Shown: positions 11,026 to 22,190 of the stretch, in pieces
Numbering within the stretch: position 1 is the first letter of the stretch
Layout of the letters: every line of letters begins with the position of its first letter
Source of the DNA: Escherichia coli
GTDB taxonomy: Bacteria > Pseudomonadota > Gammaproteobacteria > Enterobacterales > Enterobacteriaceae
DNA length: 64,000 nt
Reading direction: 5' to 3' (one strand)
Assembly: GCF_022846255.1 (NCBI RefSeq)
Contig: NZ_AP025682.1
Made by a program: the position numbers and the translations under genes
Notes under the pieces: generated by a model
What the model was told of the DNA's origin: nothing
The model's input: only the letters and a program-made list of their open reading frames with translations
The model's database searches: none

Positions 11026-11718
11026 ATGAAAAATATTAATGCAATAATTTTATTATCTTCTCTGACCTCTGCCTCGGTATTCGCTGGCGCATACGTCGAA
11101 AACAGGGAAGCATATAATCTCGCCTCCGATCAGGGCGAGGTTATGCTACGTGTGGGTTATAACTTCGATATGGGCGCGGGTATTATGCTAACCAATACCT
11201 ACACCTTTCAGCGAGAAGATTAACTCAAACATGGCTATAATGAAATTGAAGGTTGGTATCCTTTATTTAAACCTACCGATAAATTAACCATCCAGCCCGG
11301 TGGCTTAATTAATGACAAGAGTATCGGTTCGGGTGGTGCTGTTTATCTGGATGTTAACTACAAATTTACTCCGTGGTTTAACCTGACGGTGCGTAATCGC
11401 TATAACCATAATAATTACAGCTCTACAGATTTGAACGGCGAATTGGATAATAACGACACCTATGAAGTTGGCACCTACTGGAACTTTAAAATAACAGAAA
11501 AATTTTCCTATACATTTGAACCACATTACTTCATGCGAGTGAATGACTTTAATAGTAGCAACGGGAAAGATCATCATTGGGAAATCACTAACACCTTCCG
11601 TTACCGTATTAATGAACACTGGCTTCCTTATTTCGAATTGCGCTGGTTAGACCGCAACGTCGAGCCGTACCACCGCGAGCAAAACCAGATTCGTATCGGA
11701 ACGAAGTATTTCTTCTGA
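11026..11718 (+). pseudogene. ompL: outer membrane porin OmpL interrupted by an in-frame TAA stop at 11221-11223
   Basis: Signal peptide MKNINAIILLSSLTSASVFA then porin sequence; reading frame has TAA after ...TYTFQRED and continues in the same frame (LKHGYNEIEGWYPLFKPTDKLTIQPGG...YFF) to the normal end at 11718. Confidence 0.75.
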
Positions 11719-11728
11719 TGTAAAAATT

Positions 11729-11764
11729 CCTGATGCGATGCTGGCGCATCTTATCAGGTCTACA
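11729..11764. repeat. REP (repetitive extragenic palindromic) element
   Basis: TCCTGATGCGATGCTGGCGCATCTTATCAGGTCTAC resembles canonical E. coli REP consensus. Confidence 0.5.
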
Positions 11765-11770
11765 AAAGCC

Positions 11771-11802
11771 AAAAAAAACCTGCCATCGCTGGCAGGTTTT
11801 TT
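11771..11802. terminator. Bidirectional rho-independent terminator between convergent ompL and typA
   Basis: Hairpin CCTGCCA-TCGC-TGGCAGG flanked by A-run on the left and T-run on the right. Confidence 0.6.
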
Positions 11803-11819
11803 ATGACTAAAAAACGAAA

Positions 11820-13643
11820 TTAATCGTCTTTCGGTGCGCGGTTGGCGCGACGACGATCGTTTTCCGTCAGGTGACGTTTACGAATACGGATAGAGGTCGG
11901 AGTCACTTCTACCAGTTCGTCATCATCGATGAACTCCAGAGCTTGTTCCAGAGTCATGCGGATAGGCGGAACCAGAACAACGGCTTCGTCAGTACCGGAA
12001 GCACGCATGTTGGTCAGTTTCTTACCGGTCAGGCAGTTTACAGTCAGGTCGTTAGAGCGGCTGTGAATACCGATAATCTGACCTTCGTAAACTTCAGCAC
12101 CGTGACCGAGGAACAGCTTACCGCGATCCTGCAGACCGAACAGCGCGAACGCTACCGCTTTACCCTGACCGTTAGAGATCAGTACGCCGTTCTGACGCTG
12201 GCCCACTTCACCCGGACGTACGTCGTCGTAGTGGCTGAAGGTGGAGTACAGCAGACCAGTACCGGAAGTCATGGTCATGAACTCAGAACGGAAGCCAATC
12301 AGACCACGGCTTGGGATCACGTAGTCGAGACGTACGCGGCCTTTACCGTCTGGATTCATGTTTTTCAGGTCGCCTTTACGTTCGCCCAGCGCCTGCATTA
12401 CAGAACCCTGATGCTGTTCTTCAACGTCCAGAGTCACGTTTTCATACGGCTCTTGTTTACGACCGTCGATTTCACGGAAGATAACTTTCGGACGGGATAC
12501 CGCCAGTTCGAAACCTTCACGACGCATGTTTTCGATAAGAACAGACAGGTGCAGTTCGCCACGACCAGAAACGCGGAACGCATCGGCGTCTTCGGTTTCT
12601 TCTACGCGCAGCGCAACGTTGTGTACCAGTTCTTTGTTCAGACGATCCAGGATCTGACGAGACGTTACGAACTTACCTTCTTTACCGCAGAACGGCGAGG
12701 TGTTAACGCAGAAGAACATAGAAACGGTCGGCTCATCAACGGAGAGTGCCGGCAGCGCTTCAACGTTTTGCGTGTCGCAAACGGTGTCAGAAATGTTCAG
12801 TTCGCCAAGACCCGTGATCGCCACGATATCGCCAGCTTCCGCCAGATCGGTTTCGATACGTTCCAGACCGAGGTGGCCCAGCACTTTACCGACTTTCGCG
12901 TTGCGGGTTTTGCCTTCGCTATCGATGATAGTAACCTGCTGGTTCGGCTTCACTTTACCGCGCTTGATGCGGCCAATGCCGATAACGCCAACATAGCTGT
13001 TGTAATCGAGCTGAGAAATCTGCATCTGGAACGGACCGTCAAGGTCAACGTCCGGCGCAGGAACGTGGTCAACAATCGCCTGGTACAGCGGGGTCATGTC
13101 TTCCGCCATATCTTCGTGGTCCAGACCCGCGATACCGTTCAGCGCAGAAGCGTAAACGATCGGGAAGTCCAGCTGCTCGTCGGTCGCGTCGAGGTTAACG
13201 AACAGATCGAATACCTGATCCACAACCCAATCAGGACGCGCGCCAGGGCGGTCAACTTTGTTGATAACAACAATCGGCTTCAGGCCGTAAGCAAACGCTT
13301 TTTTGGTTACGAAGCGCGTTTGCGGCATCGGGCCGTCAAATGCGTCAACCACCAGCAGCACTGAGTCTACCATGGACATTACACGTTCAACTTCACCACC
13401 GAAGTCGGCGTGCCCCGGGGTATCAACGATGTTGATACGGTAATCATTCCATTTGATAGCGGTGTTTTTCGCGAGGATGGTAATCCCACGCTCTTTCTCC
13501 AAATCGTTGGAGTCCATCACGCGCTCTTGGGTTTCGGCACGAGAGTCGAACGTACCGGATTGTTGGAGCAGCTTGTCTACCAGGGTGGTTTTACCATGGT
13601 CTACGTGCGCGATGATGGCGATATTACGCAATTTTTCGATCAC
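11820..13643 (-). CDS. typA: ribosome-dependent translational GTPase BipA/TypA
   Basis: 607 aa; N-terminal G-domain [18 protein letters not shown]; EF-G-like. Confidence 0.95.
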   Translation of the reverse strand: MIEKLRNIAIIAHVDHGKTTLVDKLLQQSGTFDSRAETQERVMDSNDLEKERGITILAKNTAIKWNDYRINIVDTPGHADFGGEVERVMSMVDSVLLVVDAFDGPMPQTRFVTKKAFAYGLKPIVVINKVDRPGARPDWVVDQVFDLFVNLDATDEQLDFPIVYASALNGIAGLDHEDMAEDMTPLYQAIVDHVPAPDVDLDGPFQMQISQLDYNSYVGVIGIGRIKRGKVKPNQQVTIIDSEGKTRNAKVGKVLGHLGLERIETDLAEAGDIVAITGLGELNISDTVCDTQNVEALPALSVDEPTVSMFFCVNTSPFCGKEGKFVTSRQILDRLNKELVHNVALRVEETEDADAFRVSGRGELHLSVLIENMRREGFELAVSRPKVIFREIDGRKQEPYENVTLDVEEQHQGSVMQALGERKGDLKNMNPDGKGRVRLDYVIPSRGLIGFRSEFMTMTSGTGLLYSTFSHYDDVRPGEVGQRQNGVLISNGQGKAVAFALFGLQDRGKLFLGHGAEVYEGQIIGIHSRSNDLTVNCLTGKKLTNMRASGTDEAVVLVPPIRMTLEQALEFIDDDELVEVTPTSIRIRKRHLTENDRRRANRAPKDD

Positions 13644-13794
13644 AACTTTGCCTCAGGCATTAGAAATAGCGCGTTATTGTACACGGATTAATCGCACTAC
13701 AAAACAGGATCACAAACATCCTCCGCAAACAAGTATTGCAGAGTCCCTTTGTGATCGCTTTCACGGAGCATAAAAAGGGTTATCCAAAGGTCAT

Positions 13795-13844
13795 TGCACC
13801 AATATGGTGCTTAATGTTCCCATTGAAGCACTATATTGGTGCAA
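13795..13844 (+). promoter_or_regulatory. NtrC (NRI) enhancer sites upstream of glnA
   Basis: Two dyads TGCACCAATATGGTGCT (13795-13811) and GCACTATATTGGTGCAA (13828-13844) matching NtrC consensus TGCACC-N5-GGTGCA. Confidence 0.7.
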
Positions 13845-13915
13845 CATTCACATCATGGTGCAGCCCTTTTGCACGATGTTAAGCATGATAACGCCTTTTA
13901 GGGGCAATTTAAAAG

Positions 13916-13932
13916 TTGGCACAGATTTCGCT
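13916..13932 (+). promoter_or_regulatory. sigma-54 promoter glnAp2
   Basis: TTGGCACAGATTTCGCT: GG-N10-GC spacing of sigma-54 -24/-12 elements, ~85 bp upstream of glnA ATG. Confidence 0.75.
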
Positions 13933-14015
13933 TTATCTTTTTTACGGCGACACGGCCCATTTAATTGCAGATTTCGTTACCACGACGACAATGACCAATC
14001 CAGGAGAGTTAAAGT

Positions 14016-15425
14016 ATGTCCGCTGAACACGTACTGACGATGCTGAACGAGCACGAAGTGAAGTTTGTTGATTTGCGCTTCACCGATACCAAAGGTAAAG
14101 AACAGCACGTCACTATCCCTGCTCATCAGGTGAATGCCGAATTCTTCGAAGAAGGCAAAATGTTTGACGGCTCCTCGATTGGCGGCTGGAAAGGCATTAA
14201 CGAATCCGATATGGTGCTGATGCCAGACGCATCCACCGCAGTGATTGACCCGTTCTTCGCCGATTCTACCCTGATTATCCGTTGCGACATCCTTGAACCT
14301 GGCACCCTGCAAGGCTATGACCGTGACCCGCGCTCTATTGCGAAGCGCGCTGAAGATTACCTGCGTTCTACTGGCATTGCCGACACCGTACTGTTCGGGC
14401 CAGAACCTGAATTCTTCCTGTTCGATGACATCCGTTTCGGATCGTCTATCTCCGGTTCCCACGTTGCTATCGACGATATCGAAGGTGCATGGAACTCCTC
14501 CACCCAATATGAAGGTGGTAACAAAGGTCACCGTCCGGCAGTGAAAGGCGGTTACTTCCCGGTTCCGCCGGTAGACTCAGCTCAGGATATCCGTTCTGAA
14601 ATGTGCCTGGTGATGGAACAGATGGGTCTGGTGGTTGAAGCTCATCACCACGAAGTCGCTACCGCAGGTCAGAACGAAGTGGCTACCCGCTTCAATACCA
14701 TGACCAAAAAAGCTGACGAAATTCAGATCTACAAATATGTCGTGCACAACGTGGCGCACCGTTTCGGTAAGACCGCGACCTTTATGCCAAAACCGATGTT
14801 CGGTGATAACGGTTCCGGTATGCACTGCCACATGTCGCTGTCTAAAAACGGCGTCAACCTGTTTGCTGGCGACAAATACGCAGGTCTGTCTGAGCAGGCA
14901 CTGTACTACATTGGCGGCGTAATCAAACACGCTAAAGCGATTAACGCCCTGGCAAACCCGACCACCAACTCTTACAAGCGTCTGGTCCCGGGCTACGAAG
15001 CACCGGTAATGCTGGCTTACTCTGCGCGTAACCGTTCTGCGTCTATCCGTATTCCGGTGGTTTCTTCTCCGAAAGCACGTCGTATCGAAGTACGTTTCCC
15101 GGACCCGGCGGCTAACCCGTACCTGTGCTTTGCTGCCCTGCTGATGGCCGGTCTTGATGGCATCAAGAACAAGATCCATCCGGGCGAAGCCATGGACAAA
15201 AACCTGTATGACCTGCCGCCAGAAGAAGCGAAAGAGATCCCACAGGTTGCAGGCTCTCTGGAAGAAGCACTGAACGAACTGGATCTGGACCGCGAGTTCC
15301 TGAAAGCTGGTGGCGTGTTCACGGATGAAGCGATCGATGCGTACATCGCTCTGCGTCGCGAAGAAGATGACCGCGTGCGTATGACTCCGCATCCGGTAGA
15401 GTTTGAGCTGTACTACAGCGTCTAA
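14016..15425 (+). CDS. glnA: glutamine synthetase
   Basis: 469 aa [31 protein letters not shown]...; adenylylation-site region NPYL present. Confidence 0.97.
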
Positions 15426-15485
15426 TAGTTGAAGTTGTACTACCCGGCGCAACAACGCCGGGATTTAGTTGCCGTGGAAACTTTC

Positions 15486-15512
15486 AGCCCATCTCTGCAT
15501 GGGCTTTTTTCT
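15486..15512 (+). terminator. glnA rho-independent terminator
   Basis: Hairpin AGCCCAT-CTCTGC-ATGGGCT followed by TTTTTT. Confidence 0.6.
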
Positions 15513-15555
15513 CCGTCAATTCTCTGATGCTTCGCGCTTTTTATCCGTAAAAAGC

Positions 15556-15577
15556 TATAATGCACTAAAATGGTGCA
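15556..15577 (+). promoter_or_regulatory. glnL promoter -10 (TATAAT) overlapped by an NtrC operator (TGCACTAAAATGGTGCA)
   Basis: TATAAT at 15556-15561 immediately followed by NtrC-consensus dyad 15561-15577. Confidence 0.6.
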
Positions 15578-15598
15578 ACCTGTTCAGGAGACTGCTTT

Positions 15599-16648
15599 AT
15601 GGCAACAGGCACGCAGCCCGATGCTGGGCAGATCCTCAACTCGCTGATTAACAGTATTTTGTTAATTGATGACAATCTGGCGATCCATTACGCCAACCCC
15701 GCCGCGCAACAACTGCTCGCCCAAAGCTCCCGCAAATTGTTTGGTACACCGTTACCGGAACTGTTGAGCTACTTCTCATTAAATATCGAGCTGATGCAAG
15801 AAAGTCTGGAGGCGGGGCAAGGTTTTACCGATAACGAAGTGACGCTGGTCATCGACGGGCGCTCGCATATCCTTTCTGTGACGGCTCAGCGTATGCCGGA
15901 CGGCATGATCCTGCTGGAGATGGCACCGATGGATAACCAGCGCCGCTTAAGTCAGGAACAGCTACAGCACGCCCAGCAGGTTGCTGCCCGTGATTTAGTG
16001 CGCGGCCTGGCACATGAGATTAAAAATCCGCTTGGCGGTTTACGTGGCGCGGCGCAGCTACTCAGCAAAGCATTACCTGACCCGTCACTACTCGAATATA
16101 CCAAAGTGATTATCGAACAGGCGGACCGGCTGCGAAATCTGGTCGACCGTCTGTTGGGGCCGCAGCTGCCCGGTACGCGCATTACCGAAAGTATTCACAA
16201 AGTGGCTGAACGCGTGGTGACGCTGGTGTCGATGGAACTGCCGAACAACGTGCGGTTGATTCGGGATTACGACCCCAGCCTGCCGGAACTGGCGCACGAC
16301 CCGGATCAAATTGAACAGGTCTTGCTGAATATTGTGCGCAATGCGCTACAGGCGCTGGGGCCGGAGGGTGGTGAAATCATTCTGCGTACCCGCACAGCGT
16401 TTCAACTGACCTTACACGGCGAGCGCTATCGGCTGGCGGCGCGGATTGATGTGGAAGATAACGGGCCGGGCATTCCGCCTCATTTGCAGGATACGCTGTT
16501 TTACCCGATGGTCAGCGGCCGCGAAGGTGGCACCGGGCTTGGCTTATCCATCGCCCGTAATTTGATTGATCAGCATTCAGGCAAAATTGAATTTACCAGT
16601 TGGCCAGGTCATACCGAGTTCTCGGTTTACCTGCCTATCAGGAAATAA
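15599..16648 (+). CDS. glnL: nitrogen regulation sensor histidine kinase NtrB (NRII)
   Basis: 349 aa; H-box [14 protein letters not shown]-binding G-boxes. Confidence 0.95.
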   Translation: MATGTQPDAGQILNSLINSILLIDDNLAIHYANPAAQQLLAQSSRKLFGTPLPELLSYFSLNIELMQESLEAGQGFTDNEVTLVIDGRSHILSVTAQRMPDGMILLEMAPMDNQRRLSQEQLQHAQQVAARDLVRGLAHEIKNPLGGLRGAAQLLSKALPDPSLLEYTKVIIEQADRLRNLVDRLLGPQLPGTRITESIHKVAERVVTLVSMELPNNVRLIRDYDPSLPELAHDPDQIEQVLLNIVRNALQALGPEGGEIILRTRTAFQLTLHGERYRLAARIDVEDNGPGIPPHLQDTLFYPMVSGREGGTGLGLSIARNLIDQHSGKIEFTSWPGHTEFSVYLPIRK

Positions 16649-16659
16649 AGGTGACGTTT

Positions 16660-18069
16660 ATGCAACGAGGGATAGTCTGGGTAGTCGATGACGATAGTTC
16701 CATCCGTTGGGTGCTTGAACGTGCGCTCGCTGGAGCGGGTTTAACCTGTACGACATTTGAGAACGGCGCGGAAGTACTGGAGGCGCTGGCGAGCAAAACG
16801 CCGGATGTGCTGCTTTCAGATATCCGTATGCCGGGAATGGACGGGCTGGCGCTGCTCAAGCAGATTAAACAGCGCCATCCGATGCTTCCGGTCATCATTA
16901 TGACCGCACATTCCGATCTGGATGCTGCCGTCAGCGCCTATCAACAAGGGGCATTTGATTATCTGCCCAAACCGTTTGATATCGACGAAGCCGTGGCGCT
17001 GGTTGAGCGCGCCATCAGTCATTACCAGGAACAGCAGCAGCCGCGTAATGTTCAGCTTAACGGCCCAACGACCGATATCATCGGTGAAGCGCCAGCCATG
17101 CAGGACGTGTTCCGGATTATCGGTCGGCTTTCGCGTTCTTCTATTAGCGTGCTGATTAACGGCGAATCCGGCACCGGTAAAGAACTGGTCGCTCATGCCC
17201 TGCATCGCCACAGTCCGCGAGCCAAAGCGCCGTTTATCGCGCTCAATATGGCGGCTATCCCGAAGGATTTGATCGAATCCGAACTGTTTGGTCACGAGAA
17301 AGGCGCATTTACCGGCGCGAATACCATTCGTCAGGGGCGTTTTGAACAGGCTGATGGCGGTACATTATTTCTTGATGAAATTGGCGATATGCCGCTGGAT
17401 GTGCAGACGCGTTTGCTGCGCGTGCTGGCAGACGGTCAGTTTTATCGCGTTGGCGGCTATGCGCCGGTGAAAGTAGATGTGCGGATTATCGCTGCCACTC
17501 ACCAGAATCTTGAACAGCGGGTGCAGGAAGGCAAGTTCCGTGAGGATCTGTTCCACCGCCTGAACGTCATCCGCGTTCATCTGCCGCCACTGCGCGAACG
17601 TCGGGAAGATATTCCCCGTCTGGCACGCCATTTTTTACAGGTTGCCGCGCGAGAGCTGGGCGTAGAAGCGAAGTTGCTGCATCCGGAAACCGAAGCCGCG
17701 CTGACGCGTCTGGCGTGGCCAGGCAACGTGCGCCAGCTGGAAAACACCTGTCGCTGGCTAACGGTGATGGCTGCCGGACAGGAAGTGTTGATTCAGGATT
17801 TGCCTGGCGAACTGTTTGAATCAAACGTACCGGAAAGCACTTCACACATGCAGCCGGACAGTTGGGCAACGCTGTTAGCACAGTGGGCAGACAGAGCGCT
17901 GCGTTCCGGTCATCAAAACCTGCTTTCCGAAGCACAGCCAGAGCTGGAAAGGACGTTACTGACCACCGCGCTGCGACATACGCAGGGGCATAAACAGGAA
18001 GCGGCGCGGCTACTTGGCTGGGGTCGCAACACCCTGACGCGTAAGTTAAAAGAGCTGGGGATGGAGTGA
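16660..18069 (+). CDS. glnG: nitrogen regulation response regulator NtrC (sigma-54 enhancer-binding protein)
   Basis: Start at ATG 16660 ([19 protein letters not shown]); receiver domain, AAA+ domain with GESGTGKE and GAFTGA motifs, C-terminal HTH. Confidence 0.95.
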   Translation: MQRGIVWVVDDDSSIRWVLERALAGAGLTCTTFENGAEVLEALASKTPDVLLSDIRMPGMDGLALLKQIKQRHPMLPVIIMTAHSDLDAAVSAYQQGAFDYLPKPFDIDEAVALVERAISHYQEQQQPRNVQLNGPTTDIIGEAPAMQDVFRIIGRLSRSSISVLINGESGTGKELVAHALHRHSPRAKAPFIALNMAAIPKDLIESELFGHEKGAFTGANTIRQGRFEQADGGTLFLDEIGDMPLDVQTRLLRVLADGQFYRVGGYAPVKVDVRIIAATHQNLEQRVQEGKFREDLFHRLNVIRVHLPPLRERREDIPRLARHFLQVAARELGVEAKLLHPETEAALTRLAWPGNVRQLENTCRWLTVMAAGQEVLIQDLPGELFESNVPESTSHMQPDSWATLLAQWADRALRSGHQNLLSEAQPELERTLLTTALRHTQGHKQEAARLLGWGRNTLTRKLKELGME

Positions 18070-18180
18070 TTCACGGCTTGTGTGTAAAGATTGATTATTG
18101 AGCGCAAATTGCTGGTATTTTGCGCTTTACTGTTCCGATAAGTTCAGTATGATCTTGCCCGGAAAACGGGGAGAGTCATT

Positions 18181-18291
18181 ATGCTGGAATCAATAATTAA
18201 TCTGGTATCGAGTGGCGCAGTTGACAGCCACACACCGCAAACTGCTGTTGCTGCCGTGCTGTGTGCCGCGATGATAGGGCTGTTTAGCTGA
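18181..18291 (+). CDS. yshB: small protein YshB (36 aa)
   Basis: ATG 18181 preceded by RBS GGGGAGAG; MLESIINLVSSGAVDSHTPQTAVAAVLCAAMIGLFS; below ORF-track size cut-off. Confidence 0.55.
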   Translation: MLESIINLVSSGAVDSHTPQTAVAAVLCAAMIGLFS

Positions 18292-18302
18292 AGCTCGTTG
18301 TT

Positions 18303-18456
<154 letters not shown>

Positions 18457-18523
18457 AATCTTGTTCTCAGCACATTGATGGCGCTTTCGTTTTCTACTTT
18501 GTAAACGAAGCGCCATTCACAAT

Positions 18524-19897
18524 TTAAATCACCCGAGAGAACTGCTGCATCCGCGCTTTCTGGCGCAGATAGGTATCAAAGCACATGCAAATGTTGCGGA
18601 TAAGCAGGCGACCTTTCGCCGTCACCTGAATCCCCTTCTCATCCACATCCACCAGCCCATCTTTTGCTAACGGGGCGAGCAGCTTGAGATCTTCCGCAAA
18701 GTAATCAGCGAAGTACAAATCCCACTGTTGCTCAATCGGAGCGTAATCCAGACGGAAGTTGCAGATGAGCGACTTAATCACATCGCGGCGAATACAGTCA
18801 TCACGCGTTAGCGCAATACCACGCCACAGCGCATTGCCTTGTTCATCCACTTGCTGATAGTACTGCTTCAACTCTTTCTGGTTCTGCGCGTAGCAGTCGC
18901 CAATCATGCTGATGGCGGAAACGCCCATCCCCAGCAAATCGGTATCGCCCTGAGTGGTATAGCCCTGGAAGTTACGATGCAACACGCCTTCGCGCTGGGC
19001 CACTGCCAGCTCGTCATCAGGGCGAGCAAAGTGATCCATACCGATAAACTGATAGCCCGATTGTGTCAGGAAGGCGATGGTTTCCTGCAAGATATCGAGT
19101 TTTTGTTGCGGACTCGGCAAGTCAGCATCTTTGATTTTGCGTTGGGCGGCAAAAATAGTTGGCAGATGCGCGTAGTTAAAGACGCTCAGACGGTCAGGGT
19201 TCAGTTCCGCCACGCGTTTCAGGGTAAAGGCGAAACTCTCCGGCGTCTGTTTCGGCAGGCCGTAAATCAGGTCGATGTTGGTGGAGGTAAAACCAATCTC
19301 ACGCGCATGGTTAAGCAGTGCAAAGATGAACTCTTCATCCTGCTCGCGGTTAACCAGACGTTGCACTTCTTTGTTGAAGTCCTGCACGCCCATGCTCAGG
19401 CGATTAAAGCCTTCGGCGCGTAAATGATCGAGTACATCCAGTTCGATTTCCCGCGGATCGACTTCGATCGAAATCTCCGCATCGGCATTGAACTGGAAGT
19501 TTTCGCGCAGCAGCTTCATCAGGCGGCTGATTTGCGCTTTATTCAGATACGTCGGCGTTCCGCCGCCCCAGTGCAATTGGCTGACGTGACGCCCGGCGAA
19601 CAGCGGTGCACGATGGACGATTTCTTGCTCCAGCGCGTCCAGATACTGATCGGCCTTGTGCTGCTGGCGAGTAACAATCTTATTGCAACCGCAGAAGTAA
19701 CAAAGCTTATGGCAGAACGGAATATGTACGTAGAGAGATAATGGACGCTCAGGATAGCGCGCCACGGCTTGTAAAAACGCCTGTTCGCCGAAGTCTTCTG
19801 AAAACTCCAGCGCGGTCGGGTACGAGGTGTATCGTGGCCCGGAATAGTTATATTTCTGGATCAGGGCCAGATCCCAGTCGATTTGCTGTACAGACAT
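18524..19897 (-). CDS. hemN: oxygen-independent coproporphyrinogen III oxidase (radical SAM)
   Basis: 457 aa from ATG 19897 (MSVQQIDWDLAL); CxxxCxxC radical-SAM motif HIPFCHKLCYFCGC; RBS GGAAGGAG. Confidence 0.95.
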   Translation of the reverse strand: MSVQQIDWDLALIQKYNYSGPRYTSYPTALEFSEDFGEQAFLQAVARYPERPLSLYVHIPFCHKLCYFCGCNKIVTRQQHKADQYLDALEQEIVHRAPLFAGRHVSQLHWGGGTPTYLNKAQISRLMKLLRENFQFNADAEISIEVDPREIELDVLDHLRAEGFNRLSMGVQDFNKEVQRLVNREQDEEFIFALLNHAREIGFTSTNIDLIYGLPKQTPESFAFTLKRVAELNPDRLSVFNYAHLPTIFAAQRKIKDADLPSPQQKLDILQETIAFLTQSGYQFIGMDHFARPDDELAVAQREGVLHRNFQGYTTQGDTDLLGMGVSAISMIGDCYAQNQKELKQYYQQVDEQGNALWRGIALTRDDCIRRDVIKSLICNFRLDYAPIEQQWDLYFADYFAEDLKLLAPLAKDGLVDVDEKGIQVTAKGRLLIRNICMCFDTYLRQKARMQQFSRVI

Positions 19898-20085
19898 GCT
19901 CACTCCTTCCGATGGCGTCTCTGGCGGCTACGGCGTACCGGCGGATGCCCGTTTCGGGTCATCAGCCGGTTGCGCAGCCACTTTTGTCGCCGCGACAACC
20001 GCTGTAGTTTAACGAATAACCACACCAGATAACATATAACCGGAAGGGTTATCAGCAGAACGGGAAGGCCCACGGCGGCAATCCG

Positions 20086-20595
20086 TTAGTTGCCCCGCAG
20101 CAGACGCATCATGTCTTCTTGCTTCTCGTCTTCTTCCTCTTCTTCGTCATCGTCATAAGAGAGGCCGAGTTTCTGCATCAACTCATCAATACGATCCAGT
20201 TTGGCATCCACCCAGGATTGCTCTTCGGCGCTCAGGGTTTTGCCTGCTTCCAGACGTTCCAGCAGCGCATCCAGACGCTCATCCGTTTCCAGTAACTCCA
20301 ACTCCGCCTTCGGTGAAAGCATAGGTTTCTCACTCTTCGGTTTGTGCTGTTTGGTGACTTTTTCAGTCACGCCCAATGGAATAGGGGTTTTACTGCCAAT
20401 ACGTGGATCTTTTGGTGCGTTCTGACCTTTGCTGCCTGACGTGGTGTTACCGCCCGCTGCGCGGCTGCCCGGCGCATGACCACGACGTTTTTTCTGACGC
20501 TTACGGTCACGAGCTTCCTGATCCAGCTCCTCGCGTGTTTTTCGACGCGCTTTTGCATGACCTTTGCTGCGTGAGTTTGAAGATGATGGTTTCAT
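20086..20595 (-). CDS. yihI: Der GTPase-activating protein YihI
   Basis: Start taken at [19 protein letters not shown] (169 aa); highly basic N-terminus, acidic C-terminus [12 protein letters not shown]. Confidence 0.9.
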   Translation of the reverse strand: MKPSSSNSRSKGHAKARRKTREELDQEARDRKRQKKRRGHAPGSRAAGGNTTSGSKGQNAPKDPRIGSKTPIPLGVTEKVTKQHKPKSEKPMLSPKAELELLETDERLDALLERLEAGKTLSAEEQSWVDAKLDRIDELMQKLGLSYDDDEEEEEDEKQEDMMRLLRGN

Positions 20596-20661
20596 AATGG
20601 TTCGTCTTTTAGCCGTTTTATTCAGTATAGATTTGCGGCGGAATCTAACAGAAAGCAAGCA

Positions 20662-20906
20662 AAGAAAAAAGGCGACAGATTACTCTGTCGCCTTTTTTCC
20701 TGACTCATAACCCTTAACGGGTCTTACAATCCTTGCAGGCCGCCAACACACCCTGTTTTTCCATTAGCCGGAACAATCCGTGTTGATTCCATTTCCATTT
20801 AATTACGTCTCCGGACGTTTATCTTCCTGACAATCCTCTGTCTTCGCCTCCTGGCGCTCCTGACCCTCATCCTGAGTCATTGTTCCTGTTAGCGTCCTCG
20901 CTCTAT
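20662..20906 (-). ncRNA. csrC: CsrC small RNA (CsrA-sequestering)
   Basis: Minus-strand sequence begins ATAGAGCGAGGACGCTAACAGGAACAATGACTCAGGATGAGGGTCAGGAGCGCCAGGAGG and contains multiple GGA motifs in predicted loops; ends at intrinsic terminator hairpin GGCGACAGAGTAATCTGTCGCC plus U-run. Confidence 0.8.
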
Positions 20907-21176
20907 GGGTGCTACTTTACGCCTTTGCTTTAAATAAACAATCAACCGCCATCAGTATTTGCACATTTTCAGAGTTTTATATAAAAGCAATTCACTGATT
21001 TATATAGCTTATTTGACATGCGTCGCAGAATTTTCTCTGCTATTTCGCATAAAGACTATCGGCAATGTCTCACAAAGCATATGGCTTTTACTTACAACGC
21101 TCACGCCGAAAAATCCGCCTTTTATTATGGTTCAGGTATAATCGCCGCAAAGCTTTGACTGATGGAGACGACCGCT

Positions 21177-21809
21177 TTGACTAATTTGAATTATCAACAG
21201 ACGCATTTTGTGATGAGTGCGCCTGATATTCGCCACCTACCTTCCGATACCGGAATTGAAGTGGCTTTTGCAGGCCGTTCCAACGCAGGTAAATCCAGCG
21301 CGCTGAACACGCTGACTAACCAGAAAAGCCTGGCTCGTACCTCAAAAACCCCAGGGCGCACCCAGCTTATCAACCTGTTTGAAGTGGCTGACGGCAAGCG
21401 TCTGGTTGACTTGCCTGGATACGGTTATGCGGAAGTCCCGGAAGAGATGAAGCGCAAATGGCAGCGCGCGCTCGGCGAGTACCTCGAAAAACGTCAGAGC
21501 CTGCAAGGTCTGGTGGTGCTAATGGATATTCGCCATCCGCTGAAAGATTTGGATCAGCAGATGATTGAGTGGGCGGTAGACAGCAATATCGCCGTGCTGG
21601 TACTGCTGACCAAAGCGGACAAACTGGCAAGCGGCGCACGTAAAGCGCAATTGAATATGGTGCGTGAAGCGGTGCTGGCGTTTAACGGTGATGTGCAGGT
21701 TGAAACGTTTTCTTCGCTGAAGAAACAAGGCGTGGACAAGCTGCGGCAGAAACTGGATACCTGGTTTAGCGAGATGCAGCCTGTAGAAGAAACGCAGGAC
21801 GGCGAATAA
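21177..21809 (+). CDS. engB: ribosome biogenesis GTP-binding protein EngB/YsxC
   Basis: G-domain GRSNAGKSS; start assigned to TTG 21177 (MTNLNYQQ, 210 aa) as in E. coli annotation; ORF track uses upstream ATG 21162. Confidence 0.88.
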
Positions 21810-21827
21810 TTTTCTTGCCTTAATGCT

Positions 21828-21912
21828 TGTGCCGGATGTGGCGTATCCGGCCCGTAAATTCAATAGATTACAATTCTACCGTTGGCCTGATAAACATGGC
21901 GTATCAGGCATT
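21828..21912. repeat. REP-like palindromic units
   Basis: GCCGGATGTGGCGTATCCGGCC and GGCCTGATAAACATGGCGTATCAGGC. Confidence 0.5.
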
Positions 21913-21934
21913 ACGGATCTTTTCTTTCGCCCAA

Positions 21935-22043
21935 TAAAAAACGCCCCAGTCATTACTGACTGGGGCGGCTAAAATATTCAGCCAAATCCGATTACGTGAA
22001 GTAAAAGGTCTGAAAGATAGAACATCTTACCTCTGTACCCTAC
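21935..22043 (-). ncRNA. spf: Spot 42 small RNA
   Basis: Minus-strand sequence GTAGGGTACAGAGGTAAGATGTTCTATCTTTCAGACCTTTTACTTCACGTAATCGGATTTGGCTGAATATTTTAGCCGCCCCAGTCAGTAATGACTGGGGCGTTTTTTATTGG, immediately downstream of polA; terminal hairpin plus U-run. Confidence 0.8.
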
Positions 22044-22190
22044 GCGACTAACTTTACTCTTTTTTGTTCAGTTCAGAAAGCATTTTTTGTAATTTTTTTT
22101 CAGTTGTTGCATAGGAATTTCTAATAGCCATCACAAAACGTGACAGCTTATGTTGCTTACTTACGAAAAAAGGGCATGTTCAGGCGAATC

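Noticed and set aside
11871-13364. 497 aa plus-strand ORF
   Set aside because: Antisense to typA/bipA, which has clear GTPase motifs on the minus strand; long antisense frames are common opposite highly expressed genes, and it lacks an RBS and recognisable domains.
14577-15455. 292 aa minus-strand ORF
   Set aside because: Antisense to glnA.
19898-19903. GTG-initiated two-codon N-terminal extension of hemN (MSMSVQQ)
   Set aside because: The ATG at 19897 has the better-spaced RBS GGAAGGAG and gives the HemN N-terminus MSVQQIDWDL.
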